A DNA stretch of 64,000 nucleotides from Planctomycetota bacterium (GTDB lineage: Bacteria; Planctomycetota; JAJSAM01; JAJVHW01): assembly GCA_965248445.1 (NCBI GenBank), contig CBDFJG010000004.1:1408001-1472000 (forward strand). Direction: 5' to 3'. Below the pieces are notes generated by a model. That model was given only the letters and a program-made list of their open reading frames with translations, was not told the DNA's origin and did not search any database. The translations under genes were made by a program, and so were the position numbers. Shown here piece after piece: positions 56,845 through 64,000 of this stretch; position 1 is the stretch's first letter; the number at the start of each line of letters is the position of its first letter.

Positions 56845-58311
56845 ATGCTCAGCCTTGCCGACGTGCCGTTCCCGACGCCCGAGCGCTGGACGGCCGGTCT
56901 GCTCGATGGGACCCGCGGCACCCTCGTACACGCCAAGCGCGAACGCCGCGTCTGGCGCGTCGAGGAAGGTGATCTGACGTTCTTTGCGAAGCGCGGCACC
57001 GGAAGCAAGGTGCGCGAAGTCGCTCGAGAGGCGGAGATCCACGAGGCGCTCCGGCTGTCGGGCCTGCCCGTGGTGCCACTACTCGGCGCGGGCCGCGCCG
57101 ACGACGGGTTCTGGCTGATCACCGCCGGAGCGCCCGGAGTCACGCTCGGGGCGGCGGTGGACACGGCCATCGACGCTCGGGATGATGCGGCCGTGCGCGG
57201 ATCGCTCGGGCGTGCAGCGGCTGCGCTCGCCGCGCTGCACGTCGACGGCTACCGGTGGCCGGACGCGACGGCGTCGCACTTCTTCGTCGATCCGGCAACG
57301 CCTGCGCCGGGAGGTGTGACGCTGATCGACGTGGCCCGTGCCGAGAAACCGCGGGGCGGCGTGACCGGCGCGCACCGGGCCGAGGACCTGGCGAGCCTGC
57401 TCTTCTCCGTCCCGCTCGCCGTCGGGCGGATCGCGCGGGCTCGGATCGTGCGCGACGTACTCGGCCGCGGGGACGCCGCGCGCCCCCTCCTTCGCCGTCT
57501 GCACCGCGAACTGCGCGCGCGCGCTCGCCGTACGCGGTGGCGCCATGGACATGCGGAGGCGGCTCCCGAGGTCGTGGCGGCGCTCGCCGCGCTCCGCGGC
57601 GATGCCGAGATCGCGGTGCGTGCCGGCCTGTTCGACGCACTGATGTCGACGGAACGCGTCGAACGCGTTCGCACGCTGCCCGACCGCGAGAACCGGCGTT
57701 TTGCCGCTCCGCGTGGCCGCACTTACTTCGCGAAGTGGTATCCCGCGGCGGAGAGCGGCTTCTCCCCGGCGATGCAGGAAGTGCGGGGAGCGCTGCTTCT
57801 CGCCCGCGCCGGCGTACCGACGTGCCGCGTGGTCGCGTACGCGGAGGACCTCGAACAGGGGTCGCTCGTCGTGACACGGGGCTGCGAGGGCGTGCCGCTC
57901 GATGACCTGCTGCGTGACGGAACCACGCCTGGTGAGCGTCGGACCCTGGCTCACGAAGCGGGTGTGCTCTATGGACGGCTGCGAGCCGCGCGGCTGCGGC
58001 ACCGCGATGCGTATCCGTGCCACGTGTTCGCCGACCGGGACACGGACAGGTTCGGGTTGCGGTTCATCGACCTGACGCGCTCCGGGCGCGCGCCGGCTCC
58101 GCGCGAGCGCTGGCACGTCAAGGACGTCGCACAGCTCTGGCACGGCTTGCCCGCGGGGTCCGTCAGTGCGACCGACGCGGTGCGTTTCCTGCGGGCATAC
58201 TTCGCCATCCCGCGGCTGGACGCCCGAGCCAAACGGTTCGCCGCCCGCGTGTTGCGAAAGGAGCGGCGCATCAGCGCCCGGCAGGAGCGCCGCGCGCGCG
58301 CCGCGCGGTGA
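56845..58311 (+). CDS. LPS core kinase (Kdo/WaaP family) with two tandem kinase domains
   Basis: Domain 1 FFAK..LH..G.RWPD...H..LID..DL; domain 2 YFAK..HRDAYPCH..FIDL.R..RWHVKD. Confidence 0.8.
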   Translation: MLSLADVPFPTPERWTAGLLDGTRGTLVHAKRERRVWRVEEGDLTFFAKRGTGSKVREVAREAEIHEALRLSGLPVVPLLGAGRADDGFWLITAGAPGVTLGAAVDTAIDARDDAAVRGSLGRAAAALAALHVDGYRWPDATASHFFVDPATPAPGGVTLIDVARAEKPRGGVTGAHRAEDLASLLFSVPLAVGRIARARIVRDVLGRGDAARPLLRRLHRELRARARRTRWRHGHAEAAPEVVAALAALRGDAEIAVRAGLFDALMSTERVERVRTLPDRENRRFAAPRGRTYFAKWYPAAESGFSPAMQEVRGALLLARAGVPTCRVVAYAEDLEQGSLVVTRGCEGVPLDDLLRDGTTPGERRTLAHEAGVLYGRLRAARLRHRDAYPCHVFADRDTDRFGLRFIDLTRSGRAPAPRERWHVKDVAQLWHGLPAGSVSATDAVRFLRAYFAIPRLDARAKRFAARVLRKERRISARQERRARAAR

Positions 58312-58318
58312 ATCCGCC

Positions 58319-59455
58319 GTGCGGGTCGGCTTCCTGATCGACCGGTGGGATCCGCAGAAGGGCGGACTGGAGGCGGCGCTCGCCGCACTCGTGATCCGAC
58401 TCGCTGAGCGTGGCGACACGCCGCTCGTGTTCGCACTCTCCGCGGCGCCGGGTGCACCGGGGGAGTTCGTCGCCCTCGAGGTGTCGACGTCGCGCCGCGG
58501 AACCATGGAAGCGGAGCTCGCGGCGAAGTTCCCGCACTCGGCGCGACTCGCCGACTGCGACGTCACGGTCGCGGTCCGGCACGCGCCGCGCGCTGACGTT
58601 TACTGGCCGCACGGCGGGCTCCACGCGGCGACGCTACGGGCCGGGGAGTCCGCCAAGAGCGGGCTCGCGGGTCCGGTTGCCCGGTTCTTGCATGCGGTGT
58701 CGCCGCGGCACCGGGCGTTCCGCGCCGTCGAGCGTGAGGCGCTGGGGGGCGGAGCACGCCGCATCTGGTGCGTGTCGAAACTGGTGCGCGACGAGATCGT
58801 CGCCGCTCACCCGGATGCGGCTCCGCGAATCGAGGTGCACGCGAACGGCGTCGACCGCCAGCGCTTCCGGCCGGAGTTGCGCGCGGAGCATCGGGACGCG
58901 CTGCGTGCCGAGGTGGGGGTGCCGGCCGGCGTGCCGATCCTGTTGTTCGCGGGAACGAATTGGCGCCTGAAGGGCTGGCCGGACGCGGTGTCGGCGCTCA
59001 CCGATCTGCCCGATCCGTGGACGTGCATGCTGGCAGGCGGCCGCTCGCAAGAGGCCGCTGACTACGCGCGCAGCCGCGGTATCGCTGATCGCGTCGTCGT
59101 CGCACGGACGTCCGACATGGAACGACTGCTCGGTGCGGCTGACGTGTTCGTGCAGCCGACGTATCGCGACCCGTGTTCGCTCACGACGCTGGAGGCTCTT
59201 GCGGCCGGTGTGCCGGTGATCACGACGACCGCCGACGGTGCGGCAGCGGCGGTCACCGCGCCGGTCGCCGGTGCGATCGTGCCCACCGGAGACGTCCCGG
59301 CGCTGCGGCGCGCGTTAGCGGAGCGGCTCGCGATCGCCGGCGATCCGGAGCGTGCCGGATCAGCGCGGGCAGCCGCACGAGAGTCGACTGTCGGGCGTCA
59401 GAAGGACCAGTGGCTCGACGGCCTGTGCGCGTCGCTCGAGGCTCAGTCGGTGTGA
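58319..59455 (+). CDS. Glycosyltransferase family 4 (WaaG-like)
   Basis: KGGLE, NGVD..RF, W.LKG, PTYRDPCSLTTLEALAAG. Confidence 0.88.
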   Translation: MRVGFLIDRWDPQKGGLEAALAALVIRLAERGDTPLVFALSAAPGAPGEFVALEVSTSRRGTMEAELAAKFPHSARLADCDVTVAVRHAPRADVYWPHGGLHAATLRAGESAKSGLAGPVARFLHAVSPRHRAFRAVEREALGGGARRIWCVSKLVRDEIVAAHPDAAPRIEVHANGVDRQRFRPELRAEHRDALRAEVGVPAGVPILLFAGTNWRLKGWPDAVSALTDLPDPWTCMLAGGRSQEAADYARSRGIADRVVVARTSDMERLLGAADVFVQPTYRDPCSLTTLEALAAGVPVITTTADGAAAAVTAPVAGAIVPTGDVPALRRALAERLAIAGDPERAGSARAAARESTVGRQKDQWLDGLCASLEAQSV

Positions 59456-59478
59456 CGGGCGGGGGTGGAACCCCGCCC

Positions 59479-60762
59479 CTACTTCCACTTGGAGGTCTCG
59501 ATGATTCGCCAGAAGCCGGCCTTGATGTCGTCTTCGGCGCCGAGGCGCACGGTGATCTCGAAGCGCATGAGGATGTGGTCGACCTTCGTCAGATAGACGC
59601 GCGTCTCGGCCGCGCCCCACGTGCTCCAGATGCCCTTGTTCTCGCCGATCGCCGTGATGACGGTGAATTCGCGGCCGCCGAACTTGGTCTCCTCGACGCC
59701 CGGCTCACCACCCTTTATCTGCGAGAAGCGGTCCTCGTTGAACTGCTTCAGGTAGTAGTCGACGCCGTTCTTCATGGACTTGATGTCGCCGCGAGTCATG
59801 TTCGTCTGCCAGGCGTCGAAACGGCCCCAGCTGTTGTCCTCGTCGTCGCGATTGGCGATGCGCGAGCGCAACTCGCCGTGATCCGGCTCGATGAACGACC
59901 AGCCCGCGCCTTCGGGGAGCGTGAGCGTGTAGCCGTACGCGACGTCCGACCAGTCCTTCAGAGCGGCCCAGTCCGTCGGCGGCGCATCCGGGTCGGGGAA
60001 CTTGAAGCCCTTCTCGTTCTCGTCCCAGAACTCCTTCCACTTGGCCCCGTCGCCGATGTCCACGCCGGTCAGCTCGGCGAGCGTCTCGGTGATCGCGCCC
60101 TTTGCTGCGTCGTACGCCGCGCGCTGCTCCGTGCTCATCTTCGCCGCGCCGCCGCCGCCTCCGCCGGTCGACTCGGTCATCTGCAACCACTTGACGAGGT
60201 TCTCGACCACCTCGCCCTTCGGGACGGTGCCGTACGCGCGGATGGCCTTCGTCGAGAACTGCGGCTTCATCGGCAGGTACTTCTTCACGGCCTTCTCGAG
60301 GGCGCCGCCCATCTTCGGGTCGCGGTAGTGCTTCGCGGCGGTCAGGTACGCCTCGTAGAGCTTCGGCTTGTCCTTCGGCATCTTCTTGTCGCCGATCTTG
60401 GACTTGACCGTCTTCTGGAACTTCGGGTCGTGCCGCCGCGCGACTTCCACGATGCACCACGCGGCGAGCTTGTGGTGCTTGCTCTTCGTCAACTTGATGA
60501 ACGCGGCGGTGACGCGCTGATCGATGTTTTCCTTCAGGCCGACAGCGGCCTTCATCCCGTCCGATTCGCCGTCCTTCGGCTTCGCGGTCGCGAGGAGGCT
60601 TGCGACCTCATCGTCGATCTCGTCGGCGTTCGCGGCCGACGTGACCGGCGGCAGGAGAGGCGTGGACGGGGCGATCGCCAGCGCGGTGAACGCGGCGAGG
60701 GCGCCGAACGCCGCTGCGGCGGCCGTCGCGGCCAGGATGGGGGTGCGCCTGTTCGGGCTCAT
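59479..60762 (-). CDS. Exported hypothetical protein with helical (HEAT-like) N-terminal domain and a C-terminal alpha/beta domain
   Basis: GGAGG RBS, signal peptide, L.ELTG.D.G....W..FW motif. Confidence 0.75.
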   Translation of the reverse strand: MSPNRRTPILAATAAAAAFGALAAFTALAIAPSTPLLPPVTSAANADEIDDEVASLLATAKPKDGESDGMKAAVGLKENIDQRVTAAFIKLTKSKHHKLAAWCIVEVARRHDPKFQKTVKSKIGDKKMPKDKPKLYEAYLTAAKHYRDPKMGGALEKAVKKYLPMKPQFSTKAIRAYGTVPKGEVVENLVKWLQMTESTGGGGGGAAKMSTEQRAAYDAAKGAITETLAELTGVDIGDGAKWKEFWDENEKGFKFPDPDAPPTDWAALKDWSDVAYGYTLTLPEGAGWSFIEPDHGELRSRIANRDDEDNSWGRFDAWQTNMTRGDIKSMKNGVDYYLKQFNEDRFSQIKGGEPGVEETKFGGREFTVITAIGENKGIWSTWGAAETRVYLTKVDHILMRFEITVRLGAEDDIKAGFWRIIETSKWK

Positions 60763-60945
60763 TCTGTGGTCCTCCGACGGGGCAGAAGGGTGCCCCGTTC
60801 CCAACACGCAAGGAGCATACCAGCGGGAGCCTGCCGCGCGAACGGCCAGGGCGAGACACCCGGGCGGGTTGGACCGGAGAGGGTGAGCCTGCTCTACTGC
60901 CGCCCCCGCAAGCACTTGCGACGATTCTCTCGGCTCCCCCTCACC

Positions 60946-61671
60946 GTGCGACTGCGTTCCCTCCTGCCGCGATCGTTACGCGATCGCCTCGACCTACATC
61001 GCTCCGCGGTGACGCGATTCGTGGAACGGGTGTCCTCCGAGCTGCCCGCCGGGACAAGCGTTCTGGACGCGGGGGCGGGGGAGGGGCCGTACCGCGAGCT
61101 CTTCGCCGAGACGCGCTACGTCGCCGTGGACGACGGGCGCGGAGACGAGCGCTGGGACTACCGGGGACTTCACGTGTCTGGGGATCTCCTTCGGCTGCCG
61201 ATCGGCGACGGCGCGTTCGACGCAGTCCTCGCGACCGAGACGCTCGAGCACCTGACCGACCCCGGCGCGTTCGTGGCGGAGGCCGCGAGGGTGCTGCGTC
61301 CCGGCGGACAGCTGTTCATGACTGCGCCGCTCTCGTTCAAGGAACACCAGCAGCCGCACGACTACTTCCGGTTCACGCGCTACGGACTGCAGCTCTTGCT
61401 CGAGCGCGCCGGCCTGGAGGCGACGTCGGTCGAGCCGGAGGGCGGGTACTTCCGTTTCCTGGGCGACAAGATCCAGCCGGCGCACCGCTACCTGTTCTCG
61501 AAGGACCGCGCACTCGTTTGGCGCATCCTGTTCCTGATCTTGCAGCCGTTCTCGATGATCTTCTTCACGGTCTTGGTGCCGGGCCTTTGTGCGCTGCTGG
61601 ATCCGCTCGACAGGAAACGCGTGCACACAACCGGGTTCCTCGTCACCGCCACCAAGCCCGGAGAGGCCTGA
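60946..61671 (+). CDS. Class I SAM-dependent methyltransferase
   Basis: VLDAGAGEGPY, FD.VL..E.LEH, RVLRPGG, H..PHDYFRFT. Confidence 0.9.
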   Translation: MRLRSLLPRSLRDRLDLHRSAVTRFVERVSSELPAGTSVLDAGAGEGPYRELFAETRYVAVDDGRGDERWDYRGLHVSGDLLRLPIGDGAFDAVLATETLEHLTDPGAFVAEAARVLRPGGQLFMTAPLSFKEHQQPHDYFRFTRYGLQLLLERAGLEATSVEPEGGYFRFLGDKIQPAHRYLFSKDRALVWRILFLILQPFSMIFFTVLVPGLCALLDPLDRKRVHTTGFLVTATKPGEA

Positions 61672-61672
61672 C

Positions 61673-62662
61673 ATGCGTCTGGCCGTTCTGACGCAGGACC
61701 CGGCGGGGCCGGTAACTCGCCACCGTGTGCGCGCGCTCGAGCCGCACCTGCGTGCGGCGGGATTCGACGTGGACGTGCACGCGATCCCCAAGCGCATCCA
61801 CGACCGGATGGTGCTCTTCCGGGCGCTGCGCGATGCCGATGTCGTGCTTCTCCAACGCAAGCTGTTCACGGTCGCCGAGCTGAGGATGCTGCGCCGCGCC
61901 GCGAAGCGGATCGTTTACGACTTCGACGACGCGGTGATGTACCGCGACCCGTTCCGTGGACGGCCGAAATCGCTGGTGCGCGCCCGTCGCTTCCGTGCCG
62001 TCGTGCGGACGGCGGATCTCGTGTTGGCCGGCAACGACTACCTGGCGGAACATGCGCGGGCGGTGGGCGACACCGCGGTGCACGTCGCGCCCACGGCGAT
62101 CGACACCGAGCGATACGTGCCGGGTCCGCAACGCGCTACGAACGGCGTCCGCGTCGGATGGATTGGCTCGCGCAGCACGCGGCCGTATCTGGGCCTGATT
62201 GACGGTGCGCTGTCCCACGCGGCGACCGCCACGAAAGATCTCACGTTCGCGGTCATGGCGGACCGGCCGCCGAACATGTCGTTCCCCGTCGACTTCACGC
62301 CGTGGAGCGAGGAAGCCGAGGTGCCGTTCCTGCAGTCGCTGGACGTGGGCGTTATGCCGCTCAGCGACGACGACTGGAGCCGCGGAAAGTGCGGCTTCAA
62401 GCTGCTCCAGTACATGGCGTGCGCCGTGCCGGCGGTGGCGAGCCGTGTCGGTGTGAACGTCGAGATAGCGCGCGGTGGCGGCTGCGTCGTCGTCGGTCCG
62501 GAGGAGTTCGCCTGGGCCGGCGCGCTGTGCGCGCTGGCGGAGAACGACGAGCAGTGGCTACCCGCAAGGGAGTACGTGGAGTCCACCTACTCCACCCGAG
62601 TGATCGGCCCGAGCGTCGCGGCGTCGCTACAGGAGTTGGTCGCTGCAGGGGCCGCGTCATGA
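61673..62662 (+). CDS. Glycosyltransferase family 4-like
   Basis: LQRKL, YDFDDA, AGN.YL, GWIGS, GKCGFKLLQYMA. Confidence 0.88.
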   Translation: MRLAVLTQDPAGPVTRHRVRALEPHLRAAGFDVDVHAIPKRIHDRMVLFRALRDADVVLLQRKLFTVAELRMLRRAAKRIVYDFDDAVMYRDPFRGRPKSLVRARRFRAVVRTADLVLAGNDYLAEHARAVGDTAVHVAPTAIDTERYVPGPQRATNGVRVGWIGSRSTRPYLGLIDGALSHAATATKDLTFAVMADRPPNMSFPVDFTPWSEEAEVPFLQSLDVGVMPLSDDDWSRGKCGFKLLQYMACAVPAVASRVGVNVEIARGGGCVVVGPEEFAWAGALCALAENDEQWLPAREYVESTYSTRVIGPSVAASLQELVAAGAAS

Positions 62663-63591
62663 TCGGCGTCGTGATCGTCTCGTACCGGACGCGGGACAGG
62701 ACCGTCCGCGCTGCCGAGAGCGCGCTCGCGGAGGGCACCGATCGCGTTGTGGTGGTGGACAACGCTTCCGACGACGGCACGGTGGGCACCCTCCGCGGGA
62801 TCGCCGATGAGCGCCTGACGGTTTTCGAGAACCCGCGCAATGCCGGCTTCGGGGCGGCGTGCAATCAGGGGGCGGCGGCCTGCGGCGACGTCCGCCACCT
62901 ACTCTTCCTGAACGGTGACACGGTCGTGCTGCCCGGTGCGCTGTCCGCTCTCGTGCAGGCGCTCGACGACGACCCGGACGTCGGGATCGCGGGCCCGGCG
63001 CTCATCGATGACGGGGGCGCACATCAGGCCTCACGCCGCGGAGACCCGACCCCGCTCGCGCTGCTGCATCAGCACACGGCGCTGCGCTTCGTCCGGGTCG
63101 GGTCGGCGGCGTACCGCCGCTACAAGTCACCGAACCCGAAGGCAGCTGTCGAGGTGCTCATGGGCGCCGCACTCGCCGTGCGGGCCAGTGTGTTCCGCGC
63201 AGCGGGCGGTTTCGATCCGCGCTACTTCCTCTACTTCGAGGAGGCCGACCTTTGTCGCCGGGTCCGCGCGGCGGGCCACACGATCCGGCTCGTCGACTAC
63301 GCGGTCATTCAGCACGCCGGCGGAGTGAGCGCAGCGCGGGAGCCCGAGCGGGCGCTCGTGCTCTATCTGCAGAGTCTGTTCACGTACGTGGATCGCTTCC
63401 ACGGCCGCGGCGTCGGACTTGCCTATCGAGCCGTGTTCAAGCCGCTGTTCCTCGTGCGTATGGTGACCGACGCAGTCCGGGATGCGCTGACCCTCGTGTT
63501 CCGGCCGGCCAAACGTGTCGAGAAGCTGTCCGAACTGCGGCTGGCCGCGGGCTTCTTCCTGCGAGGGGTCTGGCGCTTCGCCGTCGCGTGA
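62659..63591 (+). CDS. Glycosyltransferase family 2 (WbbL-like)
   Basis: VVVDNAS.D, NAGFGAACNQG, LFLNGD, GFDPRYFLYFEEADLC. Confidence 0.92.
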   Translation: MIGVVIVSYRTRDRTVRAAESALAEGTDRVVVVDNASDDGTVGTLRGIADERLTVFENPRNAGFGAACNQGAAACGDVRHLLFLNGDTVVLPGALSALVQALDDDPDVGIAGPALIDDGGAHQASRRGDPTPLALLHQHTALRFVRVGSAAYRRYKSPNPKAAVEVLMGAALAVRASVFRAAGGFDPRYFLYFEEADLCRRVRAAGHTIRLVDYAVIQHAGGVSAAREPERALVLYLQSLFTYVDRFHGRGVGLAYRAVFKPLFLVRMVTDAVRDALTLVFRPAKRVEKLSELRLAAGFFLRGVWRFAVA

Positions 63592-63654
63592 CGGCGCAGC
63601 CCTCGCGCGTGGCCCGCGGATCGCGCAGCGATTCTCGGCCACGCTTCGGGCGGG

Positions 63655-63698
63655 TGTCTCCCTCCTACGCGGTCTCCGACCGCTACGGAGGGCCGCGG
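63655..63698. repeat. REP-like palindrome, copy 2
   Basis: 39/44 identical to 46860-46903. Confidence 0.8.
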
Positions 63699-63775
63699 TC
63701 ACGGCGATTGCCCTGCAACTGCCGCGCCCTGCGCGATTTGGACTCCGGCTGCAGTCCCCCGCTTACCGTTCGGCG

Positions 63776-64000
63776 ATGGAGGCCTTCGAGCGCATTCTCG
63801 TGTTCCTTCCGACGTGGCTCGGCGACGTCGTGATGGCCACGCCGCTGGTGCGGGCGCTGCGGGAAGCGCAGCCCCGCTCGCGGCTGGATGTGCTCGTGCC
63901 GCCGGGCGGCGCGCGCGTCCTCGAGGGCGTGCCGTACGTGGATCAGGTGATCGTCTACGACAAGAACGGCGCTCATGCGGGACTCGGCGGGATGTGGCGG
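63776..64000 (+). CDS. waaF: LPS heptosyltransferase (GT9), 5' part
   Basis: MEAFERILVFLPTWLGDVVMATPLVRALR; LPS core context. Confidence 0.85.
   Translation, partial: MEAFERILVFLPTWLGDVVMATPLVRALREAQPRSRLDVLVPPGGARVLEGVPYVDQVIVYDKNGAHAGLGGMWR

Noticed and set aside
59173..60945. 832-aa plus-strand ORF as one giant methyltransferase
   Set aside because: The first ~590 codons are the antisense shadow of 59479-60762; the recognisable domain begins near 60946

Overview
High-GC diderm bacterial chromosome segment. The gene repertoire (FGE/SUMF1-domain, carboxypeptidase-regulatory-like and HEAT-like exported proteins, membrane-anchored multi-LysM protein) resembles Planctomycetota/PVC, but that assignment is inference. 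Core content: a peptide ABC transporter, sixA-der, glycosyltransferases with cysC, ribH-nusB-ftsY, moeA-lnt, a complete mreBCD-pbp2-rodA elongasome cluster, rho, RNase P RNA, a hybrid histidine kinase, an acyl-CoA dehydrogenase, a heterodimeric ABC exporter, and an LPS lipid A/heptose core cluster (lpxK, hldE, gmhB fusion, tandem WaaP-like kinase, waaF). Accessory region 27.0-33.6 kb: a single-ORF IS66 element with no target-site duplication joins a truncated ECF sigma gene to a 5-kb prophage early-gene remnant. The remnant ends at an att-like site (tRNA 3' fragment plus three arm-like repeats), which is crossed by an orphan gene tail ending in an ssrA-like LAVAA. Other highlights: an archaeal-type Pus10 pseudouridine synthase divergent from rnpB, tandem NrdR-like boxes with no nrd gene, a sigma54-type promoter with a possible sRNA, a TANNNT-N6/7-ATG leaderless signature at eight genes, a PBP2 with an inserted zinc ribbon, and two frameshifted genes that may be assembly indels. 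All calls come from reading motifs by eye; no searches were run.
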